A DNA stretch of 64,000 bases from Terriglobia bacterium (GCA_965223005.1 CBDCVK010000010.1:192001-256000), one strand, 5' to 3'. Shown: positions 48,976 to 59,378, numbered from the stretch's first letter. Numbers and translations: made by a program. Notes: generated from the sequence alone by a model not told the origin.

Positions 48976-51543
48976 TCAACCGGCCGTCTCCCGTCCTCGC
49001 TCTAGGTAAATCTCTCGGGCCTGCTGAAACTGCTCCAGAACATGCTGCTTTTCTTTTTCGGACCGCCAGCCCGGATGCTCGCTCGCCATCCGAACCAGCC
49101 GATCAATCCAGCGGACGAAGTAGTCGGCCGACTTCTTGCTGCGGATTGGTTGATCCCCGACGTAAACGTAGATCGGGTTGGTGGTAGCCATAGGACGGCT
49201 GTCCTCGACCGGGTGAGTGGGGCCCTGAGCCATGGCTTGCAGCGTGTACCAGCCGCTGCGCTTCACCTGGATCTGCTTCTGGAAGGCGGCGCGGCGGCGG
49301 TCGTCGGCGAGGGGGATTCGTTCGATGACCTTGCCGTTGTGAACCACCTCCAGCCGGTCGAGTGGAACAATGGAGTGCAACACGCCTCGGAGGCGGATGC
49401 TGCCTCCATCGTTCGGCAGGCGGATCTCATCTCCCGGCATCGCCCGGTCAGCCCAAAACTCCAGCAAGGGCCCATTGGTCACAAATCCGCGACCCTTCAA
49501 CAATGCGGCCATGAAGTTTTCCCAGCTTAGTTTTCCCGGTCCCAGGAAGAAATAGCCGCGCACGGCGCCCACCAGGGCGGTGTTGTGCAAGTTCGAGATG
49601 GAGTCTTCGCCGCCAGTGACCGGAACCCGAAACCCGTTGTTCAAGGTGTGATGCCACGGGACCAGCGCAGCTTCGCTGGCTGAAGACCACAGTTCGTGGT
49701 AGCTCACCGTTCCCAGGGCCACGTCCACCGGAAATGCCTTGGCGACGCCCAGGTTCGTCTCCAACGGGCTGCGCTCGCCGCCGAAGGGATGAACATAGGC
49801 GCCGATGACCCCCTGCTGCCGGGCATAGCGGAGGATGTCGGTGTTCGACGGATACAGGCTCTCGATCGCCGTGCCTTCGTAGCCGGTAGTAAAAGGTGAA
49901 ATCAGGTGTTCTTTTAAGTTGAGCAGTGAAATGTGGCCGTAGAACGGAGGGCGGTATTCCTGGCCGGTGTGCATGATCCGATCCTGGGTAGAGAGCGGGT
50001 GCAAAAGGCGCCCGGGAACGAAGTACTGATAATCCGGAATGCGGTTGTCCTTGTTGGCGATCTGGTGAGAGATCACGTCGGCGTCCTCGGCCGCGCTCAT
50101 CAGGAACAGGTTCTGCGGCGTGTTGTGGAAGTTGCCGCCGTAATTCATGTGGACGTGATTGCTGCCCGAGTACCAGCCTTTCGCCTTCAGGTTAGTCATC
50201 CTTCGCAGGGTAAGCCTCACCGATTGCACCTGACCCGCGCGGACCTGAAGCGTCTCCTTCGCCGGCCAATATTCAAAGCCTTTCACCGCCTCGATGGTGA
50301 GTGGCCCCTCGGGGACCTCGGCGCTGTAGCGTCCCGTGCTGTGGAACAGGTGCTGGTTGAGCCGGGAGAGGCGCTCGTAGGCATCACTCGGGGTGTAGGG
50401 CTTGCCGTCGCTGGCTTTCTGGTAGATGCGGGCCGGGGTTTCCTGCCCGGTTTCGGCGTCGATCACCCGCACGGTCACCGTGCCCATCGGCCGGCTCCAG
50501 CGTTTGGACCGGATGCGAACCAGTTGCTGCTGGCCTCCCCAACTCTTCAGAAGCTTCAGATGCGGAAGACCCTCCTCGTTCGAGATGTAGGCGACCCATT
50601 CTCCGTCCGGTGACCAGCGCGGGTGGAAGCTGTCGTATTCGCCGAAGGTCATCTTGTAGGGCTCGCCGCCTCCGACCGGAAGCACGAACAGGTTCGTGTA
50701 CTGGTGGCCGAGGTGCGAGCTGTAGATGATGCGCTTGCCGTCCGGCGACCAGTGGGGGCGCGTTCGATACAGCGTCTCTTCCTTGTGGATTCGTTTGGCC
50801 TTGCCCGAGTTCATCACGTCCGCTTCCACCGGAGCGCGCCACAGCGCGCCCGAGCCAAGAGGAATCTCGCGGTTGGAGACGAAGATCAATTCCTGACCAT
50901 CGGGCGACCAGGTAGGCGAGATGTGCAAGTCGTAGTCGCCGAAATAGAGGCGGTCCCGGCCGAACCGGTGATCCCGGGTAACGGCAACCACATTCCCCTT
51001 TTGCCCGTCGTTGACCTCCATCACGTAGATGTTGAAGTATCCGTTCGGCGCCGTTGAGACGTAGGCCAAGTGCTTGCTGTCCGGCGACCAGGCCGGGTCC
51101 AGGTTCAGGTGGTGGCCGCTGGTAAGCGCCGTTGGTTGGTTGGTTTCCAGATTCAGAAGCATCAGTTGGATGCTTTCCCCGTTGTCGCTGGTGTAGGCCA
51201 GCCACCGGCCGTCGGGGGACCATTCCGGCGACGAAAGGTGTTCGAGGGCGTAGACCCATTCGTAGGCGTCCCATTCGCCGACGCGCATCTTCCAGACCGA
51301 GCCGTGCATAGCAAAGGCCAGCCACTGGCCGTCGGGAGACCAGGAGGGCCACCACGGAGTGCTGCTGCCGGCAGGCGGCGGGTAGTAGTTATGCATGTAA
51401 TTGCCGCCGGTCTTGGCCATGGGATAGACCGGCCGGGGCTGCTGCGACGGTGGGCTCGGGTGAGCCATCCAGAAGGAAAGCAGCAGTGTCACAAACAGCC
51501 AAACTGCCACCAGGCGAATGTGGGAGCTATTTCTAGTTCTCAT
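48976..51543 (-). CDS. TolB-like PD40 repeats plus PHP-fold (CehA/McbA-like) metallohydrolase
   Basis: Repeated P.WSPDG; GWYSG.NHVH, GQEYR..YGH, G.D, GR.FVTNGP, TNPIYV. Confidence 0.82.
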   Translation of the reverse strand: MRTRNSSHIRLVAVWLFVTLLLSFWMAHPSPPSQQPRPVYPMAKTGGNYMHNYYPPPAGSSTPWWPSWSPDGQWLAFAMHGSVWKMRVGEWDAYEWVYALEHLSSPEWSPDGRWLAYTSDNGESIQLMLLNLETNQPTALTSGHHLNLDPAWSPDSKHLAYVSTAPNGYFNIYVMEVNDGQKGNVVAVTRDHRFGRDRLYFGDYDLHISPTWSPDGQELIFVSNREIPLGSGALWRAPVEADVMNSGKAKRIHKEETLYRTRPHWSPDGKRIIYSSHLGHQYTNLFVLPVGGGEPYKMTFGEYDSFHPRWSPDGEWVAYISNEEGLPHLKLLKSWGGQQQLVRIRSKRWSRPMGTVTVRVIDAETGQETPARIYQKASDGKPYTPSDAYERLSRLNQHLFHSTGRYSAEVPEGPLTIEAVKGFEYWPAKETLQVRAGQVQSVRLTLRRMTNLKAKGWYSGSNHVHMNYGGNFHNTPQNLFLMSAAEDADVISHQIANKDNRIPDYQYFVPGRLLHPLSTQDRIMHTGQEYRPPFYGHISLLNLKEHLISPFTTGYEGTAIESLYPSNTDILRYARQQGVIGAYVHPFGGERSPLETNLGVAKAFPVDVALGTVSYHELWSSASEAALVPWHHTLNNGFRVPVTGGEDSISNLHNTALVGAVRGYFFLGPGKLSWENFMAALLKGRGFVTNGPLLEFWADRAMPGDEIRLPNDGGSIRLRGVLHSIVPLDRLEVVHNGKVIERIPLADDRRRAAFQKQIQVKRSGWYTLQAMAQGPTHPVEDSRPMATTNPIYVYVGDQPIRSKKSADYFVRWIDRLVRMASEHPGWRSEKEKQHVLEQFQQAREIYLERGRETAG

Positions 51544-51655
51544 GTGGAGGAACCATACGAACTGGGTGGTAATCCGTCAATAAACTGCGGTTTCCGTTCA
51601 CGCGCGTGCACGACGGTTGCCAACGGAGACCGAAGGCTAAGAGGTCAGCAGACCG

Positions 51656-52354
51656 CTACGGTGCCCGAGATTCTTCGATCAGCTCCACTCCGGGGGGAAG
51701 ACGAAACCGGAACAGGGCGCTATCCAGGGGTGGGTTGGGAATTTCGCCGAAAAGCCGAAACTCGGTGATCGTACCGTCGGTTTCCAGGATCTTGATGCGG
51801 CGAAGGCGCTGGCGGCCGTCTACCTCCAGCAGCAATTCTCGAAAGCGCTCCCTGTTTTTTTTCGGCCGCAGCCGCAGCAGGGAGTTGCCCGGATCCAGTG
51901 GGGCCGTATCGCGCGCCAGCTCTACGCGAAATGTGCGCTTCAGGTTCATGCGCCCCAGCAGAAACCGAAGCGGTGTGCGCAGGTCGGCGCTGCGCTTGAT
52001 CGGGATCCGGATGACCTGGCTGTCCCGCGGGACATAGAAGAAAATCCTCTTTCCATCCGAGAGAAACAGCTTCACCTCCGGGCGCGTATATTCCCAGCGC
52101 ATCTTGCCGGGCTTTTTCAAGTAAAGGATCCCGGCCTCCTCGCGGGAGGGGGCCCGTTCGTCGGTCTTGTAAATCTGGACAAAGTTTGCCTTCAGAGTTC
52201 GCATGCGGTTGTAATGCTTCTCCAGCACGCGAACCAGCGAGTCCACGCTGACTGTGGAAGCGGTGTCCGCTGGTTGGCCGGCCGAGGAAGGGGAGGACAC
52301 GGCCAAGCAAAGCAGGAAACAGAAGGGAAATCGGCAGAGCGTAAAACGCCTCAT
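51656..52354 (-). CDS. lolA: Outer-membrane lipoprotein carrier LolA
   Basis: L.ANF.Q, G.LYLKKPGKMRWEY..P, SDGK, F.F.LP.GVE. Confidence 0.88.
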   Translation of the reverse strand: MRRFTLCRFPFCFLLCLAVSSPSSAGQPADTASTVSVDSLVRVLEKHYNRMRTLKANFVQIYKTDERAPSREEAGILYLKKPGKMRWEYTRPEVKLFLSDGKRIFFYVPRDSQVIRIPIKRSADLRTPLRFLLGRMNLKRTFRVELARDTAPLDPGNSLLRLRPKKNRERFRELLLEVDGRQRLRRIKILETDGTITEFRLFGEIPNPPLDSALFRFRLPPGVELIEESRAP

Positions 52355-52540
52355 CGCTTCAGGATACCATGGGGACAACCGGCTGCCTTGTGGTCTGGTG
52401 GGAGGGTGTATTTGGATATGCCGCTTGTAGAACCAGAGGTCCCCGGGGACTTTACGACTCCGCAGCGCTACAATGCCAACGAAGAGAGAAACTAGCTCGG
52501 ACGGCGGAGCCTGCGGAACGCATCGCCTGAGGAACACAAC

Positions 52541-53560
52541 ATGATCGGCTTTCGCGCAACGGGACCTGGATTGCTTTTCGCCCTGCTCATGACATCAGTA
52601 CCCCAGGTCGCCAGCCCGACAAAGGGAAGTGGGGAAGAAAAGCTGCTGGGGGCGCCCTGCCGCGGTCGCTACCAGCTCAGTCCCCAGACGCGAACCGCAC
52701 AACGGGCGATCCACCGTAAACACGATGCGGCGATGAAGCAGCGGGACTATGAAACGGCAGTCGCCATGCGCAAGGAGCTCATTCGTTACCAGTGTCACAA
52801 CCACTTCCTGTGGTTCTATCTAGCTGAGCTGTACGTGGAGTTGGGCCAGAACGACGATGCGATCATGGTCCTGGACTACCTTTACGAGAAAAGGGACAAC
52901 GAGGTGGATCGGCGGCTTCGCATCGAAGGCAACGCGCTCCATCCGCTCGCGCAGTCCGAGGAATTTCAGCGCTCCGCGCTGGCCGGGAAACTCTCTCAGG
53001 CGCGGGCGCTGCTGGACGAACGGAAGCAGGAGTACCAAAAGAAACTTGAGATGCTGCCCCAAGAGAAAAAGCCGGCCCGCGACTACGTCGCCAAGGACGC
53101 CTGCCCGTTTGAATGCTGCACGTTTCGGAGCTGGGACGTTTACGCCGACACCATCCTCTATGACAAGCCGAGGGGTGAGAAGGTGGTTGCACATGTCGGG
53201 AAGGGAGAGAAGGTCGAAGGGGTGGCAGGGCAAGTCTATATCCGGCCCATTGCGGTCGCCGTGCGGCATCCGCCTCCCTACTCGAATGTGCCGGCGGGCT
53301 CCATTGTGTTTCTGCTAGACAGTCTGGGCGAGGGGATCAGGCGCGTGTGGTTTAAGGGCAAGGTGCTCGAACTGGACGTCGTTGGCAACATCCATGATCA
53401 CTGTCCGTTTCCGGACAAGCGCTGTTGGGGTGAGCACATCTATCCAATCACGGAGGACGAACGTTGGGGGACTTGGTGGGTGAAAGTGAAGACGCGAGAC
53501 GGAGCGGTGGGCTGGACCAAAGATCATAAGAACTTCGGGAACATGGACGCTTGCGCTTGA
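52541..53560 (+). CDS. Secreted hypothetical protein (N-terminal TPR-like helices, C-terminal Cys-containing SH3-like region)
   Basis: Signal peptide; ACPFECC..RSW, WWVKVK..DG..GWT, terminal DACA. Confidence 0.65.
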   Translation: MIGFRATGPGLLFALLMTSVPQVASPTKGSGEEKLLGAPCRGRYQLSPQTRTAQRAIHRKHDAAMKQRDYETAVAMRKELIRYQCHNHFLWFYLAELYVELGQNDDAIMVLDYLYEKRDNEVDRRLRIEGNALHPLAQSEEFQRSALAGKLSQARALLDERKQEYQKKLEMLPQEKKPARDYVAKDACPFECCTFRSWDVYADTILYDKPRGEKVVAHVGKGEKVEGVAGQVYIRPIAVAVRHPPPYSNVPAGSIVFLLDSLGEGIRRVWFKGKVLELDVVGNIHDHCPFPDKRCWGEHIYPITEDERWGTWWVKVKTRDGAVGWTKDHKNFGNMDACA

Positions 53561-53624
53561 ATAACCCATTTCCATGGTTCAACTTCTGACAAGCGGTGGC
53601 GCCGGCCAGCCCTAAAGCGGCTCA

Positions 53625-53648
53625 AGGGCGGACCCGGAGGTCCGCCCT
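53625..53648. terminator. GC hairpin between convergent genes
   Basis: AGGGCGGACC-CGGA-GGTCCGCCCT. Confidence 0.55.
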
Positions 53649-53653
53649 CGCCC

Positions 53654-54103
53654 TCAAAAGTGCCAGCGCCGGCCAGACCGGTGGCCGCGGAATTCACGGA
53701 ACTGCTGGTGCAGCTCTTCCGCTTTGTCTTTTTGTTCCGGGGTCAGCGTGGTATAGAACCTCGCAAACGCCGTCGCGTAGATCTGGCCGACCTTCCCAAC
53801 CACGGCTCCTTGCTGGTCGGTCAGTTGCCCGAGCTCCTGTTCGGACTTTCCGGCCTTGATCGCCTCCACCAGTACTTCGTGCCCCTGTTTTAGCTGAGTC
53901 ACGAAGGGCTCGGCCGACTCGTGAGCGGATTTGAACATCGTCTCCGCCTCGGCCTTTTGCGACTCGGTCAGGTCCAGGTATCCGGCGATGAACGTGTGCA
54001 TCCCTGCCCGGTGGCGGAACCGCGGGCCGCTGGCCAGTAAAGTGGCAGCCACCACTACCAGCGTGGCCACACTGCCGATGAAAAGTTTCTTTCGAGTAGA
54101 CAT
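53654..54103 (-). CDS. Spy/CpxP-family periplasmic protein
   Basis: Signal peptide, LDLTESQ and LTPEQ (LTxxQ) motifs, AGGAGGTG RBS; divergent from the response regulator-kinase pair. Confidence 0.85.
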   Translation of the reverse strand: MSTRKKLFIGSVATLVVVAATLLASGPRFRHRAGMHTFIAGYLDLTESQKAEAETMFKSAHESAEPFVTQLKQGHEVLVEAIKAGKSEQELGQLTDQQGAVVGKVGQIYATAFARFYTTLTPEQKDKAEELHQQFREFRGHRSGRRWHF

Positions 54104-54139
54104 TGGTTTCACCTCCTGACGATAAGCTACGACGGCACC

Positions 54140-54176
54140 GTAAAGTCCGTTTGTTTGGCGTGTAAACATTTGTAAA
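54140..54176 (+). promoter_or_regulatory. CpxR-box-like operator
   Basis: GTAAA-CATTT-GTAAA at 54162-54176, plus a further GTAAA at 54140. Confidence 0.7.
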
Positions 54177-54216
54177 GATTGCGAGTCCCCGTTCCTGGCC
54201 GTGCTACATTCGCCCC

Positions 54217-54912
54217 GTGCGAATCCTGGTGGTTGATGACGACGTCGAACTCTGCAGCCTGCTCGGGGAATTCTTCCGCAGAGAGGGCTTCGCGGTCGAC
54301 TTCCAACACAACGGTGCAGAAGGTCTTGCGAAGGCGTTCCGCGGCGAGCACAGCCTGGTCGTGCTGGATGTCATGCTGCCGGGACTGGACGGCTTCGAGG
54401 TGCTGCGCCGCCTGCGACAGCGAAGCCAGATGCCCGTGCTGATGCTGACAGCGCGTGACGAGGACGTTGATCGCATCGTCGGGCTCGAACTCGGCGCCGA
54501 CGACTACCTCTCCAAGCCGTTCAATCCTCGGGAACTCTCGGCGAGAATCCGGGCGATCTTGCGCCGGGTCGAGGCCCCGCCCGCCGTGGCCGAGCCCCGC
54601 CTGGAAGTAAACGGCGTGGTGCTTGATCCAGCTACGCGCGAAGTCACCTGCGATGGCCACCCGGTGGAACTTACGACCTTGGAATTCGATCTGCTGCGCT
54701 TGCTGATGCGCGCAGCCGGCCGCGTGCTGTCGCGCGACGCTCTGATGGAGGAAATTTACGACCGCAAGGCCACGCCGTTTGACCGCTCCGTCGACATGCA
54801 CATCAGCCATCTGCGCAAGAAGCTGGAAACTAGCCGGCAGCGGATCAAGACGGTCCGGGGCGTCGGCTATCAGTTCCTGAAGACCTCTCGGGACGACGAG
54901 ACTGCCGAATGA
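54217..54912 (+). CDS. OmpR-family response regulator (CpxR-like)
   Basis: VVDDD.EL, LDVMLP, GLELGADDYL.KPF, FDRSVDMHISHLRKKL. Confidence 0.93.
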   Translation: MRILVVDDDVELCSLLGEFFRREGFAVDFQHNGAEGLAKAFRGEHSLVVLDVMLPGLDGFEVLRRLRQRSQMPVLMLTARDEDVDRIVGLELGADDYLSKPFNPRELSARIRAILRRVEAPPAVAEPRLEVNGVVLDPATREVTCDGHPVELTTLEFDLLRLLMRAAGRVLSRDALMEEIYDRKATPFDRSVDMHISHLRKKLETSRQRIKTVRGVGYQFLKTSRDDETAE

Positions 54913-56225
54913 AATCGCTGTTCGCCAGAATTCTGGTCTGGTTCCTCGTTACGAACGCAGTCATCCTGATTGCCTTTGGGGTGGCCGCCGCGCTGACGTT
55001 CTCCCATCCACGCGCCCGGCGGATGCCCTTTGCGATGCTGATCTCTCTCCAGATGCGCGAGGCGCGGCACGCCTACGAGTCGGGTGGCCCGGAAGCTCTG
55101 GCGGAGACGTTGCGGCGTATGCAGGAAGCCACCGGTACGCGTGGTAGCTTCGCTGACCGGAACGGGCGCAACCTGGTGACGGGCGAGGACCAATCCGCTT
55201 TGGTTGCCAGACTTTCCCGGCATTCGTTCTTTCCCATCCTGCGCGGCCGGCACTTCATCCTGGGTCACGAAGATGACCAGGGGCGCTACTGGTACTTTAT
55301 GGAGGTTCCCCGGCGGCGCTGGGCCTTTTGGTTGTTCCAACCGCAGTACCTGGGAGTCCTTGGGCTCGCCGTCCTGCTTTGCTACGGGCTGGCTCGCCAC
55401 GTTACCTCGCCGCTGCGACGCTTGCAGAAAGCAGTCGAGCGGTTTGGCCGCGGCGATCTGGATGCGAGGGTGGAGTCGGACCGCGCCGACGAGCTGGGAG
55501 AGCTGGCGCGCGCCTTCGACCGGATGGCCGAGCGTCTCCAGACGCTGCTGGCCGCCGAGCGGCGTCTCCTGCTTGACATCTCCCACGAGCTGCGCTCGCC
55601 GCTGGCCCGCTTGAGTGTCGCCTCGGAGCTGGCGCGCTCTCAGGAACAACGTGAGGCTGCGTTGAACCAGATCCAGAAGGAGTCGGAGCGCATGAATACG
55701 CTGGTAGGCCAGCTGCTGCAGGTAACACGTGCTGAAGGCGACCCAGCGGCGCTGCGTCTGGAACCTGTCCGGATGGATGAGCTGCTGCGCGAGCTGGTCG
55801 AGGACTGCTCCATCGAAGCCCGGGCACGGCGGTGCTCGCTCGCCTTGGAAACGCCGGCGCCGGTCACCGTGGAGGGCGATCCGGAATTGCTTCGGCGTGC
55901 GGTGGAAAATGTGGTGCGCAACGGAATCCGGTTCGCTCCGGCGGACTCGCAAGTGGAGATCACCAGCGCGATGGCCGGCGACCGGCTCACCATCCGGGTT
56001 CGCGATTATGGGCCGGGGGTCCCGGAAGAGGAGCTTTCCTCCATCTTCGACCCCTTCTACCGCGTGCAGGCCGACCGCAGCCGCGCCAGCGGCGGCGCCG
56101 GCCTGGGCCTCGCCATCGCCCGGCGGGCGGTCGAGCTCCACAAAGGTCGGCTGCAGGCGCGCAATGCCAACCCCGGGCTGGCAGTGGAGGTCGAGCTGCC
56201 CGCTCGAGGTGGCCCCGCCGAATGA
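54909..56225 (+). CDS. HAMP sensor histidine kinase (CpxA-like)
   Basis: Two TM, HAMP, DISHELRSPLARL, ENVVRN, D.GPGV, GLGLAI. Confidence 0.93.
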   Translation: MKSLFARILVWFLVTNAVILIAFGVAAALTFSHPRARRMPFAMLISLQMREARHAYESGGPEALAETLRRMQEATGTRGSFADRNGRNLVTGEDQSALVARLSRHSFFPILRGRHFILGHEDDQGRYWYFMEVPRRRWAFWLFQPQYLGVLGLAVLLCYGLARHVTSPLRRLQKAVERFGRGDLDARVESDRADELGELARAFDRMAERLQTLLAAERRLLLDISHELRSPLARLSVASELARSQEQREAALNQIQKESERMNTLVGQLLQVTRAEGDPAALRLEPVRMDELLRELVEDCSIEARARRCSLALETPAPVTVEGDPELLRRAVENVVRNGIRFAPADSQVEITSAMAGDRLTIRVRDYGPGVPEEELSSIFDPFYRVQADRSRASGGAGLGLAIARRAVELHKGRLQARNANPGLAVEVELPARGGPAE

Positions 56226-56413
56226 CCTGGAAGCGGCAAAGGGATTTATCTTTGTCATGGCCCCGTCATGGCCTGGTCATGGTCTGGATGCTCCAAACAG
56301 GAAGCGCCTTTTTCAGCTTGTGTCCAACGACCCTTCGAACACCGGGGTCGAGTGGGTGGCTTTTGGAACACGCTGCTTTGTAGTAGGGTAGAATGTCCGC
56401 AGAACTAGGTGCA

Positions 56414-56489
56414 GGGGCGGTAGCTCAGTTGGTAGAGCATCGGCCTTTTAAGCCGAGGGTCCTGGGTTCGAGTCCCAGCCGCCTCACCA
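56414..56489 (+). tRNA. tRNA-Lys(TTT)
   Basis: Anticodon arm TCGGC-CTTTTAA-GCCGA, GTTCGA, encoded CCA; 76 nt. Confidence 0.97.
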
Positions 56490-57007
56490 CAATCCCCTTT
56501 GGGATCAACGTCGGCGCAAACACTCATAGAGTGTCTAGGGTCTGATTCACCCCAAATTCCGGCTGATTTTGCCCAGCAATTGCCCACCACGGGCATTTCC
56601 CGTCGGACAGGACTGGCCTTGGCGGGCGACACCGTGGCCTTACAATCTGCCGGATCCGGGGTAATCTTGGTGAAACATTTTCCTCATAGAATGGTTTGCT
56701 TCCAGGCCGACTCTAGCTATGCTGCTCTCAGGACTGGTTCCCGACTCCAGCGGAAAGGAGAAGGAACTTGCAGATAGACCGGCGGAGAGTTCATCGGAGC
56801 AGCGGCCCAGGCCGGCGCCGGGAACAGCGGCCCGCATCCGCATTGCAATTTCTTGACCGGCGTAGGTTCCTGGACTGGGATCGACGCACCAGGGAGGACC
56901 TTACCCTAAAAGACCAGGCGATCTACTCGCGTGAGTCAAGGTGAACCGGGCTTGGGGTAGCGTCGCTGAGGCCACACCCGACCTTTGCGAGAAGGGGGTC
57001 CAGCAAG

Positions 57008-57967
57008 ATGAGAGCAAGAACTGCTTGGTTGCTGCTGGTGGCAGTATTGTTTGTGGCCTCTTGCAGCGTGTTTCGAGGCATGCGCTGGGATAAGTACGCA
57101 TCCGCCGGATATGAAGCATACCAGGAGGGCAAGTACGCCAAGGCCGAGCCGCTCTTCCGGCAGGCACTGGCCATCGATGAGGAAGCCCTTGGCCCGAACC
57201 ACGCAGAGGTTGCAACGGACCTCAGCAACGTGGCATTGCTCTACGACGACCAGGGCCAGTACGCCGAAGCTGAGCCGCTCTTCCGGCGGGCGCTGGCCAT
57301 TGATGAGAAAACCCTTGGCCCGGATCACGCAGAGGTTGCAACGGACCTTAACAACTTGGCGGCGCTCTACGGCACCCAGGGCAAGTATGCCGAGGCCGAG
57401 CCGCTCCACCAGCGGGCGCTGGCCATCCGGGAGAAGGCCCTGGGACCGCAACATCCCGCCGTTGCCCAAAGCCTCAACAACTTGGCGGGACTCTACCGCA
57501 CCCGGGGCAAGTATGCCGAGGCCGAGCCGCTCTACCGGCGGGCGCTGGCCATCTGGGAGAAGGCCCTGGGACCGCAACATCCCGCCGTCGCCCAAAGCCT
57601 CAACAACTTGGCGGAACTCTAACGCACCCAGGGCAAGTATGCCGAGGCCGAGCCGCTCTACTGGCTGTCGCTGGCCATTTGGGAGAACGCCCTTGAGCCG
57701 GACCACCCGAATGTGGCCGCCAGCCTCAACAACCTGGCATTGCTCTACGGCACCCAGGGCAAGTACGCCGAGGCCGAGCCGCTTTTGCGGCGGGTGCTGG
57801 TGATCGTGGAGAAGGCGCTGGAGCCGGAGCATCCGAACGTGACCACAGTTCTGGAGAACTACGCCGTCCTACTGCGCAAGACGAAGCGGAAGGCCGAGGC
57901 GGCCAAACTGGAGGACCGCGCCCAGGCCATCCGCGCAAAGCACGCCGCGGAGAACGCGCCGAAGTGA
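57008..57967 (+). pseudogene. Lipoprotein-like 42-aa TPR-repeat protein (kinesin light chain type) with internal TAA at 57620-57622
   Basis: VAS-C lipobox and 126-bp repeats. The conserved TAC codon is TAA in one repeat, and the same frame continues to 57967. Confidence 0.8.
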
Positions 57968-57969
57968 CC

Positions 57970-58087
57970 TACCGCCTTGTCATCCGCAATGCCGGATAGG
58001 TCCACACTATCGAGCTAGTGTTTACCAATCCCGGTTTCAGTTGGGTGAATAGTCGGCGACTCGGAAAGTACCCCAGCGCCTTGCGGC
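57970..58087 (+). repeat. 118-bp dispersed repeat, copy 1
   Basis: Ungapped match to 63175-63292, 16 mismatches by manual alignment. Confidence 0.9.
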
Positions 58088-58166
58088 CGGCAGCCGATCT
58101 TCGGGCCTTCCGACTTCAATGCTGCTTTTCGCTATAAGGCAAGGTCCATGCAAACCAATCTTCACG

Positions 58167-59378
58167 CTACTTGCAGTCCGGCCCGCAGGGTCTGTTGTAA
58201 CCGATCTTGTCGATGATCACCTTCAAGCGAGCTGTTGTTGACTTGCCAGCCAACACGTCAGCCTCCGAAAAGACCGAAAGCAGGATTTCCTTTGCCTCGT
58301 GTCTTTCGCGGTCGTGAACCGCATAGATGGTCCCATCGGGTGCCTGCACCATATCGGGGTACGATACCCACATTCGTTCGTCCAGCATGAAGGGTCTGGA
58401 CCAGGTCAGTCCGTCATCTTCTGATAGGGAGGCCTGAAGAGTAACCCGAGTGTTGGCATGATGCGTGTTGATTAGCAGTAGCCTGCCGGATGCCAGGCGG
58501 CGGAGGTGAAAACGCACTTTGGGGGTGACGATGCTTGTTGCCCGCCCTTCGCTCCAACTCTTCCCGCCATCGGAGGAAGTGCTCTCCCAGATTCTTCCTC
58601 CGGCTGCGCGTATGAGCATCCACAAGCTGCCATCGCGCTTTTCGATAACCATGGGCTCCCCTTGCCAGGGACCGGGTGCCTCTACATCACCGTAGAGTTG
58701 CCAACTCTCTCCCTTATCAGTCGATATAGCAACTGCCATTCTCGGCTTTGGGCGCGTTTTTCTCACCGGCAAAACCCACGCACCTGATTTCAAAACAATC
58801 GGTTTGTTAAGAACAATGTCGCCGTGATCAGGGGGGGAATCCTCGCTTACCTTTGAGGCCTCATTCAGGGGATAAACTCGCCGGACGGGTGACCAGCTTG
58901 GGTTCTCCTTCGTTGAGTCCTCACTGTAGATGGCATAGGGACCCGGGGGTCCCGCATTCTGTGTCCAGAAGAACCAAAGTCGTCCCTCCGGATCGTGCCA
59001 CAGCATGGGGTCGTAAGCTCTCGGCTTGCCCGGCGGATCGACGACGATTTTCGGCTCGCTCCAGGTCTTGCCGTCGTCTCCGCTGGTCACAAGAAGCACA
59101 TAATTGTCCTCATGGGGCTCTTTCAGTCCGCCGCTGAACCATGTTACCCAGAGTCTCCCGTTGGCTGCCCGCTCAATGCCGGGGATACCTTGCCAGCGGC
59201 GGCTTTGCGAAGCGTACTCTGGCCCGGGCGAGGTGTTGACCTGCGGAAACTGCGGCTGAGACTCCATTGGGACAACAAGCACGAGGGTTAGACTCATTGT
59301 GAGCAAGTAGGCAATACGAACAGAGCTTCCCTTCGACTCTTCCATTTTCTCTTTGGCCTCCTCTGGAGAGCTTTCCAA
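58167..59378 (-). CDS. Sialidase/BNR (Asp-box) family protein (start may be 59345)
   Basis: WQGIPGIE, S.DDG.TWS repeats, YDP.LW.DP.GRLW, VSYPD. Confidence 0.85.
   Translation of the reverse strand: MESSPEEAKEKMEESKGSSVRIAYLLTMSLTLVLVVPMESQPQFPQVNTSPGPEYASQSRRWQGIPGIERAANGRLWVTWFSGGLKEPHEDNYVLLVTSGDDGKTWSEPKIVVDPPGKPRAYDPMLWHDPEGRLWFFWTQNAGPPGPYAIYSEDSTKENPSWSPVRRVYPLNEASKVSEDSPPDHGDIVLNKPIVLKSGAWVLPVRKTRPKPRMAVAISTDKGESWQLYGDVEAPGPWQGEPMVIEKRDGSLWMLIRAAGGRIWESTSSDGGKSWSEGRATSIVTPKVRFHLRRLASGRLLLINTHHANTRVTLQASLSEDDGLTWSRPFMLDERMWVSYPDMVQAPDGTIYAVHDRERHEAKEILLSVFSEADVLAGKSTTARLKVIIDKIGYNRPCGPDCK

Noticed and set aside
54870-56258. Long antisense ORFs (e.g. 462 aa here, 394 aa at 39946-41130, 372 aa at 3034-4152)
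   Set aside because: Shadow frames of GC-rich genes with no recognisable motifs.
57620-57622. Stop-codon recoding (Sec/Pyl or alternative code)
   Set aside because: The codon is TAA at a conserved Tyr position, and TAA is an ordinary stop in other genes here.
57100-57830. Diversity-generating retroelement TR/VR pair (also considered for the WD40 array and the 118-bp repeats)
   Set aside because: Differences are not confined to adenines and no reverse transcriptase is in the window.
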